Assembly: GCA_036339465.1 (NCBI GenBank)
Contig: JAYZAY010000049.1
Coordinates: forward strand, 1-33,970
Origin: Myxococcota bacterium
GTDB lineage: Bacteria > Myxococcota > XYA12-FULL-58-9 > JABJBS01
DNA: 33,970 nt
Direction of reading: 5' to 3'
Part shown: positions 10,283 to 19,113 of the stretch, one piece after another
Layout: each line of letters begins with the position of its first letter
Numbering within the stretch: the first letter of the stretch is position 1
Position numbers and translations under genes: made by a program
Notes under the pieces: generated by a model
The model's database searches: none
What the model saw: only the letters and a program-made list of their open reading frames with translations
What the model was told of the DNA's origin: nothing

Positions 10283-10348
10283 ACTCCCTCCCTGAACCAG
10301 GCACCAGTCCCCTCAGCCCCAACAAACCAGTGAACTCTGAGATTTCAT

Positions 10349-10375
10349 TTAAGTTTTCCCCAAAGCAACCGATGC
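10349..10375 (+). promoter_or_regulatory. sigma28/FliA-like promoter (putative)
   Basis: TTAAGTTT-N11-ACCGATGC, about 66 nt before ATG 10442. Confidence 0.5.
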
Positions 10376-10441
10376 CCAGCTAGACTTGTCTTGCCAAAGA
10401 CAACGTCGCCGAACGAACACACAAATCAGCCGGAGTTTTCT

Positions 10442-12016
10442 ATGGGCAACACAACATCGGCGCCGATAGTCGACCGGACTCGAAAAGATCGGTGCTATGA
10501 CGAGTACTTTCTAAGAAAAGTCCTAAGCGATCCAGAAACCCATTATTATTCCGAACTGTGGAATGGCTATTGGGAAATCTTCAACCAGGAGATGTTGCCA
10601 AAAGCAAAAACGGTCAAACTCCTAGCGAAAGCAGTCAAAAATTGCCAGTTTGATGACCCCAGAGAGACACAATACCTTATTGCACAGACTTTGAATCATC
10701 ACCAAAAAAAAGACTTCGAGGCTTCCATTGAAATTCTAAGGAGGCGTGGCGGGCGACAGATTTTTAAGACCGCAACGGATCTTCTATCCAACGATACTTG
10801 CGCCGAAAAGATATTCGGGATTCGTTTGTTGAGCAGATTAGGAACCCCATTCGAACCATGGGTTGTAATGGCTCAGCCTCACCTCGAAAAAATAATCGCG
10901 GAAACGAACCCGCTGGGACACACCGAAACTGTCATCAGTGTCATTGGCTATCTCAACAAAGACCTCAGCCCGGAAGCAGCAACGCAAATTGCCAAAGGGC
11001 GTATCCGAAACAGTTCATCTCCCAAGGTGCGAGGCATACTAAAGGGTAAGATCTTCAGTGCCAATGATGCTTCAAGCGTCAAAGAAATTGTTCAAATAGC
11101 CCAAAAACAAGAGTCTCAAATAAAGAGAGAAGCCCAAACAGCATTATTGTATCTAAGAACCCTCTCCCGCAGGAGACAAGTTTATAACCATTCACGTCCG
11201 GATTCCCCTCGAAGACCAAAACGGCAAACACCTCCGCCTAAACCCATTTCACGAGTAAAACCAAGCTATCTACAGGTGGTCACCGGTGATGACTCCCCCC
11301 ATCAAGGGATTCATCAATTCGAAAAAAAGAAAAACCGAACAAATCCCAAGATAAAACATCGTTTTGGTATCGCGGCCGCGATGCTTGCCATGACCTTCTT
11401 AAGTACTATGGCGTTGAGTCAAATAGATGAACCTAAACCAAGACGTAAATCGCTGCTCAGCACTAAGTCAATTCATAAAACGTCATTGCCCATGGCCGAC
11501 GATTTCTTTGGACATAGATCCGTAGGCCAAGTTCTCAACCTCAGAAAAACCGCCTGGCTCCTATTTCACCGCACCCATCTACCATCGGCCGCATCCTTTT
11601 TTGCCGCCCCAAAACAAGACAAAGACAGTATCAACTTGACACATATTGTGAAAGTGCTCGCGGACGCAGGCAACAAAGGGTCAATGGACCGAGCTACCCT
11701 CTTCGTTTCTTTAGTGGGTGACCAAAACCCAAAACTCGCATCAGAGATCGCACAAAAAACCATCAATGGACTCAACTATTGGCACCGCGATGATTTCGTC
11801 AGACACCTAGGCGGGATCGAGCCAGGAAGCACCCTGCGGAATATACTTCACGAAGAAAGCCTTCTCTTTAATCCTGGCCTCCAAAAGCTCAATTCTAGCA
11901 CAAAGAAAACCATGGCGAACATCTTATTACGTGGCTGGAGCACCTCCAAAGAAGAAGCACTGGCACGACACCTGGTCTCTCCGGAAATCCCCTTCGAGTT
12001 TTCGATGCAACCCTGA
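10442..12016 (+). CDS. Hypothetical protein with HEAT-like helical region and one hydrophobic segment
   Basis: Long ORF with GGAG RBS. ILRRRGGRQIFKTATDLLS...GIRLLSRLG resembles HEAT/PBS-lyase repeats; basic Pro-rich linker; hydrophobic FGIAAAMLAMTFLSTMALS. Confidence 0.65.
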   Translation: MGNTTSAPIVDRTRKDRCYDEYFLRKVLSDPETHYYSELWNGYWEIFNQEMLPKAKTVKLLAKAVKNCQFDDPRETQYLIAQTLNHHQKKDFEASIEILRRRGGRQIFKTATDLLSNDTCAEKIFGIRLLSRLGTPFEPWVVMAQPHLEKIIAETNPLGHTETVISVIGYLNKDLSPEAATQIAKGRIRNSSSPKVRGILKGKIFSANDASSVKEIVQIAQKQESQIKREAQTALLYLRTLSRRRQVYNHSRPDSPRRPKRQTPPPKPISRVKPSYLQVVTGDDSPHQGIHQFEKKKNRTNPKIKHRFGIAAAMLAMTFLSTMALSQIDEPKPRRKSLLSTKSIHKTSLPMADDFFGHRSVGQVLNLRKTAWLLFHRTHLPSAASFFAAPKQDKDSINLTHIVKVLADAGNKGSMDRATLFVSLVGDQNPKLASEIAQKTINGLNYWHRDDFVRHLGGIEPGSTLRNILHEESLLFNPGLQKLNSSTKKTMANILLRGWSTSKEEALARHLVSPEIPFEFSMQP

Positions 12017-12185
12017 GTAAGCTCGGCTTCTTGACCAAACAATAGGTCTGACCAAAGCCACATCCTCAAGTTATTGACAAAATCCCACCCCGGGCAGTGA
12101 GCCCCCATCCCTAACCCGAAGTTTACCCCATTTGCCCACAAACATCTTCTTGCGAAACCCGTCCTCGGTGACATAGAACGCCCCC

Positions 12186-13286
12186 ATGTCAAAGCTACGA
12201 GTCGCCCTACTCTACGGTGGTCGATCCACCGAACATGAAATATCTATTCTATCGGCCCGAAACATCCTCGCAGCGCTGGATCGGGATAAATTCGATCCTA
12301 TTCTTATTGGAATCGACAAATTAGGCCGTTGGTTACTCCAGGATGAAACAACCCTCCTCGGCGCCCCAAAAGAGCCCAGAAACATCAAACTCGTGGAAAG
12401 CGAAACCACCATTGTTATTGAACCTCGACCCAACGGTTGCCGATCCATGCCGGACAATCGCCCCATGAACATAGACGTGGTATTCCCGGTGCTTCACGGT
12501 CCCATGGGGGAAGACGGAACGCTCCAGGGACTTCTCGAACTCGCAGAATTACCCTTTGTCGGCTCTGGGGTCTTAGGAAGCTCAGTCAGTATGGACAAGG
12601 ATACAACGAAACGGCTTCTCAGAGACGCAAAAATCCCCATATCTGATTTTGTCACCCTAGAGCACCACCAATATAAGAGAGCCCCCAAAGAAGCACTTAG
12701 AAAATCTGGGAAACTCGGTTTTCCCCGCTACGTAAAACCCGCTAACCAAGGGTCGTCAGTGGGAGTTTCCCGGGTCAATGACGAGCAAGGATTAGCGAAA
12801 GCAGTCGAAAATGCATTTCAATATGACACAAAGATACTCATTGAAGAAGCCATCCATGGTCGGGAAATAGAATGTTCTGTATTGGGAAATGAAGATCCCA
12901 TCGCCTCGGTCATCGGCGAGGTCATTGTCCAAAACACCGATGGCTTTTATTCCTATGAAGCCAAATATGTGGATTCACATGGCGCTAAATTGGCAATACC
13001 TGCCAAGCTCAAGTCGGGACAGCAGGCGGAAATTCAAGAAATGGCCATTAGAACTTTTCGCGCATTAAATTGCTCAGGACTCAGCCGAGTGGATTTTTTC
13101 CTGGAGAAAAGTGGTCGGCTGCTCGTCAACGAAATCAACACCATCCCGGGCTTTACGAATATCTCCATGTATCCCATGCTATGGGCTGAAAGTGGCCTTC
13201 ATCAAAAAGACCTAATCACCAAACTACTCAATCTCGCCATCGACCGATATGAGAAGCAAGCGAAAATACGCCGCTCCGTGCACTAA
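12186..13286 (+). CDS. ddl: D-alanine--D-alanine ligase
   Basis: GGRSTEHEIS, FPVLHGPMGEDG, VKPANQGSSVG, FYSYEAKY, NEINTIPGFT. Confidence 0.97.
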   Translation: MSKLRVALLYGGRSTEHEISILSARNILAALDRDKFDPILIGIDKLGRWLLQDETTLLGAPKEPRNIKLVESETTIVIEPRPNGCRSMPDNRPMNIDVVFPVLHGPMGEDGTLQGLLELAELPFVGSGVLGSSVSMDKDTTKRLLRDAKIPISDFVTLEHHQYKRAPKEALRKSGKLGFPRYVKPANQGSSVGVSRVNDEQGLAKAVENAFQYDTKILIEEAIHGREIECSVLGNEDPIASVIGEVIVQNTDGFYSYEAKYVDSHGAKLAIPAKLKSGQQAEIQEMAIRTFRALNCSGLSRVDFFLEKSGRLLVNEINTIPGFTNISMYPMLWAESGLHQKDLITKLLNLAIDRYEKQAKIRRSVH

Positions 13287-13433
13287 AGTACCTCCAAAAA
13301 ACGGTTCCATCGAGCCATGATATTATTCGTTTCGCCTGCTTCGTCGTCAAAGTGATCGACCTTTGGCTACAGGTCCGAAAATCGGCCCTTTTCGAAACAC
13401 TAAAACTAAGCTTGTGTCGTCACTTAACATCCC

Positions 13434-14033
13434 GTGTTGAAGTTGGCCCAAAAAGTGTCCTCCAATGGGACTCAACAAGGAACCTCAATAAACAATCGAG
13501 CGACTCAATTCCTTTATGCCTACGGCCTAGTCTTCTTAGCTATCGGTAGTGTTCTGCTGATAACACTCCTGGAATGGGGAAGTAGCCTAGGCACTATCCT
13601 AGACTTCGAAATCTTGACTATGGTCGTTGGAGTATCCGTGGCAATCAGTGTTGCTGCCTTTGGACCGAGCTACCCTCGACTTCTAAAAATCGCCATACAA
13701 TCGGATGCAAAACCGCACCTCATCGCCAGTGCCTAGGAAATTGGCCGTGGACTGGGTCGCATTGTTAAAAGTGCAGGCATTTTTATCATCTTAGTCAATC
13801 TGGTCATGAGTCTCGCAAACCAACTCCACGAGCAATTGTCTCTTAAAACAATCACCGCCCTCGCGGTCATCAATCTACTGGGCATTCTCTACGGCTTTAC
13901 CTTGGATATTCTCATTTTTCTTCCTCTGGCAGAGTCCCTTAGAATCCGTAGGGAAAATCACGAGATATTTTCCAGAAAAATAAAAACACCACCAAATTAC
14001 GCGTCCGAATATGGGCCGGTACACAATCAATAG
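13434..14033 (+). pseudogene. MotA/TolQ/ExbB-like membrane protein interrupted by one in-frame TAG
   Basis: ORFs 13434..13736 and 13806..14033 share a frame with only TAG 13734-13736 between them. The joined product has four TMs, with GSSLGTILDFEILTMVVG and GILYGFTLDILIFLPLAESL. Confidence 0.6.
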
Positions 14034-14337
14034 AGTCACCCACTAGGAATTTAAACTCAAAACATTTTAGGCATAAGGATTTTGTCCGACGCAATATAGA
14101 AAAGCCTAAGAAACCATCGCCGCTACCCCCTAAATCAGAGGCGGGAAATCGTAGGCCAAAGCCGAAAAATCAATGTTCGTATGAGCCATTGAGTATTGAC
14201 TGTAGCCAGAAGAACTCGTAGGGGGCACCGAATGCTTCGTCACCAGGAGAATGCCTGCTCCGGTGATATTTAAGAATTAGCTTCTAGAAATATCGTTCTC
14301 AGTACCGAGCAAGAATCTTTTTAAGGAGTGCCTCGAT

Positions 14338-14793
14338 ATGCATCCTCACCTTCTAGCATTCATCGCAATCACCGTAGCGCTATACTTTTCCACAGCATGT
14401 AGTCATCAAACCGTAACGACTTCACCGCGTTCTAAAACGCCTTTACCAATTAACGCGTTCACCTCAAGTCCCACAACCACCGCCAAACCCACCAAATCGG
14501 CGAAAAAGGAAGGGCTCTTATTCGGAGCCGAGGTCAAATATCTGAGCCGTTCCAAGGCAAAGAAGTTGGGCATGAAAAAACGAAAAGGTGTCCTGGTAGC
14601 CCATGTACGTATGTGGGGAGTGGCCTCAAATCTAGGCCTTAAAGAAGAAGATGTTATCATCAAAGTTAATCGAGCCACCATTCGAAATATTCGGCGATTT
14701 AATCAGCAAATGAATAAGCTCAACAACGACTCGCGACTAACCCTCACCGTCTGGCGACATGGAAAGTACAGAAAACTTCGCGCCAAATCCTAG
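14338..14793 (+). CDS. PDZ-domain lipoprotein
   Basis: AAGGAG RBS, lipobox FSTAC, GVLVAHV....A...GLKEEDVIIKVN...LTLTVWRHG. Confidence 0.85.
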   Translation: MHPHLLAFIAITVALYFSTACSHQTVTTSPRSKTPLPINAFTSSPTTTAKPTKSAKKEGLLFGAEVKYLSRSKAKKLGMKKRKGVLVAHVRMWGVASNLGLKEEDVIIKVNRATIRNIRRFNQQMNKLNNDSRLTLTVWRHGKYRKLRAKS

Positions 14794-14823
14794 AGAACTT
14801 TTGGCCAGGTATTCTAGGATATC

Positions 14824-16065
14824 TCAATGAACTCGCGGCGGCAGGTAATGCCGCTGTGCTACCACTTTCTCAGAACCGACCATGTCCCAACCTTTCTGGA
14901 AGAATCGCAAAAGTTCTTTTGCAAATTCCATTTCGCGAATAATCAGCCCGACATTTCTGCTCTTTGTAAAATAGTCACCGCTAAAATTGCTGGTTCCAAG
15001 CCATGACCAGTCATCATCCACCACCATAAATTTAGCGTGAACAACCCTGGCATATGGAATGAATCCCCCCGAGAACTGCGGTATTTTAACGAATCGAACC
15101 TCTGTATTCCTGAATCGGCTTAGGGCTTTAACCGCAGCCTGCTTCGGATCTTTTTTGCTCCAATCTGCAACAATCATTCTCAATTTCACACCCCGAGAAG
15201 TCGCAGCCTTCAGAGCATTATGTATCCGTCGCCAAGAAGACCCATCATAGTTTCGAATAGAATAGCTCAATAGCTGAATGGTGATATGTTGCTTCGCCCC
15301 ATCAATCGACTCCAGTATTTTTGGTAAATCCCAAGTCGCCCCTTCAGGAATATGATCTCGCGGACTGGCCACCAGCTGAACTTCTCCCTCCCGGCCCTTG
15401 TAACCGAATGGTCGCTTTATCCATGGAGTAAGGAGTTTGGATGAACCAACCTCAGAACGGCCGGCACGTATCCAATCAAAATTGAAAACGGATAAAAGCT
15501 CGTTGCTCAGTGACTTCGAATGAACTCTTACTCCCAGCTCAAGGATATGCTCTAAAGCGCGCCAATCGAAATTCTGACTGCCAATAAATGCCTCTTCTTC
15601 GTCAACCACAAAATATTTTGCATGATGAACTCCCCCAGTAAGCCCCTTCCAATCAGAAAATCTTAATTCAACACCAGCCATCTTCTTAATTCGGCCCATC
15701 TCCACTGGATATTTTGACGCAAAATAGGCATCCACCAAAAAACGAACCCTTACTTTTCGTTTCCCCGCATCTTCGATCGCCCTAAGCACCGGTTCCAGCT
15801 TTCCGCGACGATTCGATTTAGTACTCACATAAAACTGCGCTATAGACAGGCTACTCTTCGCTCCTCGAATCATACTCAACCAAGTTTCTGCCGCATTTCC
15901 TAAGCTTGGACTATCCAAATCAGTCCCAACAGGGACACTTTCTATGAGTTCAATATCAGACACTGGCTGAGTAGCCATAGCAGCTTCTGCGCGCGAAAAA
16001 GACAAGAAGACCGACGCTCCAAATAGCAATCGACGCACGAAACAAAGACACTTATGAACAAACAT
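14824..16065 (-). CDS. Phospholipase D superfamily protein (PLD3-like, two HKD motifs), likely exported
   Basis: HHAKYFVVD...GSQNFDWR and VHAKFMVVD...GTSNFS; ELIESVP; signal-peptide-like N-terminus. Start uncertain and overlapping the ytoQ-like stop. Confidence 0.9.
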   Translation of the reverse strand: MFVHKCLCFVRRLLFGASVFLSFSRAEAAMATQPVSDIELIESVPVGTDLDSPSLGNAAETWLSMIRGAKSSLSIAQFYVSTKSNRRGKLEPVLRAIEDAGKRKVRVRFLVDAYFASKYPVEMGRIKKMAGVELRFSDWKGLTGGVHHAKYFVVDEEEAFIGSQNFDWRALEHILELGVRVHSKSLSNELLSVFNFDWIRAGRSEVGSSKLLTPWIKRPFGYKGREGEVQLVASPRDHIPEGATWDLPKILESIDGAKQHITIQLLSYSIRNYDGSSWRRIHNALKAATSRGVKLRMIVADWSKKDPKQAAVKALSRFRNTEVRFVKIPQFSGGFIPYARVVHAKFMVVDDDWSWLGTSNFSGDYFTKSRNVGLIIREMEFAKELLRFFQKGWDMVGSEKVVAQRHYLPPRVH

Positions 16066-16492
16066 ATGCCAACACCTCAATCACCTGGACCGGAGTTTGA
16101 GCCACGGCCATTGCAACGCAATCCACTTCCTTTAATGCATGGTCTAATTCTGGGTCATGTATCACGATCAACGGTTTGCCCAATGCTGAGGCGTAGCCCG
16201 CTTCAAAGGCCGTATTCCATTGACGATATTTTGTTCCAAAGCGGGCAATCACCAGGTCTGATTTTTCCATTAGAGTTCGCGTCCGAATCCCATTGACTCC
16301 CGCTCCCTTCCGGTCTCTCCAATAGGGGCTCTCTTCGGCACCCAAAATATTAACTCCCACCATGTCGCTTTCTTCGTGATTTGTCACTGGAGCGCCAAAA
16401 AATATGGGCAACCCGCGCTCCGATGCCAGTAAAATCAGCTCATCTCGCCAATTCGTATGGATTTCACCTGCCAAATAAACATTTAATTTCAT
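16052..16492 (-). CDS. YtoQ family protein
   Basis: VYLAGEIHTNWR, PVTNHEESD, RFG.KYRQWNTAFEAG, HALKEVD. Confidence 0.88.
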   Translation of the reverse strand: MKLNVYLAGEIHTNWRDELILLASERGLPIFFGAPVTNHEESDMVGVNILGAEESPYWRDRKGAGVNGIRTRTLMEKSDLVIARFGTKYRQWNTAFEAGYASALGKPLIVIHDPELDHALKEVDCVAMAVAQTPVQVIEVLAYVCS

Positions 16493-16554
16493 TGTACTAC
16501 CATCCACTTACATGTTTTCTCTTACTAAGTCGCCCACTAATATCTTTCAACCTC

Positions 16555-16582
16555 TTGCATTGATGCTAAAAGGAAATACGAT
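16555..16582 (+). promoter_or_regulatory. sigma70-like promoter (putative)
   Basis: TTGCAT-N16-TACGAT upstream of AGGAG and ATG 16609. Confidence 0.3.
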
Positions 16583-16608
16583 AGGCCTTAACCAAGCAGG
16601 AGTTCGTC

Positions 16609-17265
16609 ATGGATTTATACCCGGCACTCAATCAAACCTTCCGCAAGTGGGCAGAAGATTTGGAAGATATCATGGCTGAGAGTCCCCGCCGCGAAAGCCT
16701 AGAAGAACTCAGTCGACACATCGTAAACCAGCGCCAACACACCAAAGCCAGCAAACTTTTATTCGTATGCACCCATAACTCCCGCCGCAGTCAGTTGGCA
16801 CAGTGTCTCGCCCAGGCAGCAGCAACCTATTACGACCTCCCATACATCGAAACTTTTTCCGGTGGTACAGAAGCAACTGCTTTCCACCCAAACGCAATAA
16901 AGGCATTAACAAACTTAGGTTTTACTGTAGAAAAAAAAGAAGGGCCTCACTCAACGACCAACCCCATCTATTTAACCTACATGCATTCCAGCCTGGCCCC
17001 GTTGAGACTCTTCTCAAAAAGACATAGGGACACCCCCAACCCAAAAACCAACTTCATTGCCATTATGACGTGTAGTGAAGCCAATGAGCAGTGCCCCGTC
17101 ATCGATGGTTCCGATGAAAGACTTCAATTGAGCTACAAAGATCCAAAAATTGCCGATAAGACCCCTCAAGCCAAGGATGTGTATTTGGATAAAGCAACAA
17201 AAATTGGTCGCGAAATGACATGGGTCATGCTCGAAGTTCGCAGGAAATTGCAAGACGCTAAATAA
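16609..17265 (+). CDS. Low-molecular-weight PTP / thioredoxin-type arsenate reductase family
   Basis: P-loop FVCTHNSRRSQ, SGGTEATAF, TCSEANEQCP, YKDPK. Confidence 0.88.
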   Translation: MDLYPALNQTFRKWAEDLEDIMAESPRRESLEELSRHIVNQRQHTKASKLLFVCTHNSRRSQLAQCLAQAAATYYDLPYIETFSGGTEATAFHPNAIKALTNLGFTVEKKEGPHSTTNPIYLTYMHSSLAPLRLFSKRHRDTPNPKTNFIAIMTCSEANEQCPVIDGSDERLQLSYKDPKIADKTPQAKDVYLDKATKIGREMTWVMLEVRRKLQDAK

Positions 17266-17286
17266 CCCCCTAGAAGTTACGTCATC

Positions 17287-17841
17287 ATGTCTTACTTGAT
17301 CGCCAAAAGTCTCCATATTATTGGTTTCACGTGCTGGTTTGCCGGCCTATTTTACATCGTCCGCCTCTTTATTTACGATATGGAAGCTCGAGAAAAATCC
17401 GCTCAAGAAGAAAAAATTCTCATTGCTCAACTGCAAATAATGCAACAAAGACTCTGGTACGGTATTACATGGCCCTCTATGGTCGTCACACTTCTTTGTG
17501 GGCTTTGGCTAACACATCTATACGGCTCCCTACCTCAGTGGCTAATCATTAAACTCACTTTAATCCTCTTGTTGGTCTGCTATCACCTTCTCTGTGGCTC
17601 TATCCTTAAAAAACTTCGAAGTGATGCAGTCGGAAATTGGTCATCAAGACGACTTCGAATGCTTAATGAAGTCGCAACCGTTTTTCTCGTATTCATCGTG
17701 TTCACTGCGGTCTTCAAACAACAGATGACTTTACCCATACTGGGAAAAATAACCGGTACTTTTTTCTTCTTATTGGTTGGAGGATTTCTTCTTTATCAAA
17801 AAATGCGAAAAAAATCAGCATCTAAACTCGCTGATGGTTAA
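17287..17841 (+). CDS. hemJ: Protoporphyrinogen IX oxidase HemJ
   Basis: KSLHIIGFTCWFAGLFYIVRLFIY, RLWYGITWP, WL..KL, RMLNEV.T. Confidence 0.9.
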   Translation: MSYLIAKSLHIIGFTCWFAGLFYIVRLFIYDMEAREKSAQEEKILIAQLQIMQQRLWYGITWPSMVVTLLCGLWLTHLYGSLPQWLIIKLTLILLLVCYHLLCGSILKKLRSDAVGNWSSRRLRMLNEVATVFLVFIVFTAVFKQQMTLPILGKITGTFFFLLVGGFLLYQKMRKKSASKLADG

Positions 17842-17852
17842 ATACCGAGAAT

Positions 17853-17904
17853 ACGAAAATAACAGTCAGTGGAGAGAAACGAAAATAACAGTCAGTGGAG
17901 AGAA
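17853..17904. repeat. 26-bp perfect tandem duplication
   Basis: ACGAAAATAACAGTCAGTGGAGAGAA at 17853-17878 and 17879-17904. Confidence 0.95.
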
Positions 17905-18491
17905 TCAGGCGAATGACTTGACTCAAAATCTTCATTGAGCTGATCAACACTCAATATCAATTCTTCTTCGGAAATCGCACCTTCTTCATGTAACCAAGTC
18001 AGCCGCCTCAATTCATCCTGATGAACATTGTTGGGATCAACATAATAATAGAGGTTTCGAAGATAGGACCGCCGGCGAAGCATTAACTCCGCAACAAAGG
18101 TATCTAATTCGGACTGACCACTCTTGGCCCAAATGAATTCGACCGAGCTATTATGTGAGGTCCTTATCAAAAGAAAATTCTGCACAACCGTGAAGTAGGT
18201 GACAAATAGAATACTGGAAAAGAAAAACCACAAAATAGCCGGCGCCATAGCTTCATTGCCCAATCCAAGGGCTTGCAGCATCAAATAGCCCACCGCGACT
18301 ACCGCAGTACACACTCCACCAAAAAAGAGATACGAATATCGCCGGGTAAGCTCACCAACATCCTGCTGTAGATTCTCATAGGAAACATCAATGGAAGTCG
18401 AACCATTCAGATCTTGTAAATCCAACCGGAGCGAAGATTGCCCCAATGTAAAGACTCTTCGTTGAAACAATGTTTTTTGTTTTAGCTGCAT
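17892..18491 (-). CDS. Hypothetical membrane protein (two TMs, short helical C-terminus)
   Basis: 199-aa ORF with two hydrophobic helices and LTWLHEEGAISEEE tail. Confidence 0.75.
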   Translation of the reverse strand: MQLKQKTLFQRRVFTLGQSSLRLDLQDLNGSTSIDVSYENLQQDVGELTRRYSYLFFGGVCTAVVAVGYLMLQALGLGNEAMAPAILWFFFSSILFVTYFTVVQNFLLIRTSHNSSVEFIWAKSGQSELDTFVAELMLRRRSYLRNLYYYVDPNNVHQDELRRLTWLHEEGAISEEELILSVDQLNEDFESSHSPDSLH

Positions 18492-18581
18492 TTATCGTTC
18501 ACCATCATACAAAAACAAATCCTAGGCAGACGGTACCACAGCCCAGTCACGAATCAAGTATCAAGAGGAAGGACCTATGAC

Positions 18582-18875
18582 TTAGAGTACAAAACGAGTC
18601 CCCGGAACATCCGCCAAAGACTCGTGAATATCGATAACAGTCTTCGCATCGGGAACCCTCACCCGCACCGTCAGCCCCACATGTTTGCCTCCCCGGCTCT
18701 CTCGCCTATCCATGATCAGCGTTTCGAGGTCATCCTCACTTAAATGGCCGGAAATCGCTCCCTTTACGCCTTTCTCGAATGCCTCAGAGTTATCTCCCAC
18801 CGCCTTGAAAACATATTCACAAGGAAAATCATGGACATCTTTCAGCTTTTCAATCAATTCCATATAATCACCCAT
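18582..18875 (-). CDS. DUF493/YbeD family protein
   Basis: HDFPCEYVFKAVG, RESRGGKHVGLTV, VPGTRFVL; GGAGG RBS. Confidence 0.88.
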   Translation of the reverse strand: MGDYMELIEKLKDVHDFPCEYVFKAVGDNSEAFEKGVKGAISGHLSEDDLETLIMDRRESRGGKHVGLTVRVRVPDAKTVIDIHESLADVPGTRFVL

Positions 18876-19113
18876 TCAACCGCTTCCTCCCTTGCCCATT
18901 ATTGTAACACGCCTCTCTCATCTAGGCTCCTTGACGTCAAGGCGCCCCCAAAAAACAGGGTTGCAGGAAAACACCAAATAATATTCGTCAGTTAGAGGCG
19001 ATAAAATCAAAGTTTTGGCCTTGTGCCCACAGGAAACCTAAGATAATTGGCCCGTCACGCGCAAGACAAAGTTGAGGCTCGGAGCCCAATCCAATCCATT
19101 ACGAGGATACATC

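Noticed and set aside
12186..13286. Possible Van-type D-Ala-D-Lac ligase
   Set aside because: Omega loop FYSYEAKY retains Tyr and no vanH/vanX neighbours are present.
14210..14312. Possible glycine-riboswitch-like leader (CACCGAA, CTCAG, hairpin 14240-14266)
   Set aside because: GGAGAG/P2 and CAGG core not properly placed and the downstream PDZ lipoprotein is not a glycine gene; needs cmscan.
17853..17904. Possible CRISPR remnant
   Set aside because: Two adjacent copies with no spacer and no cas genes.
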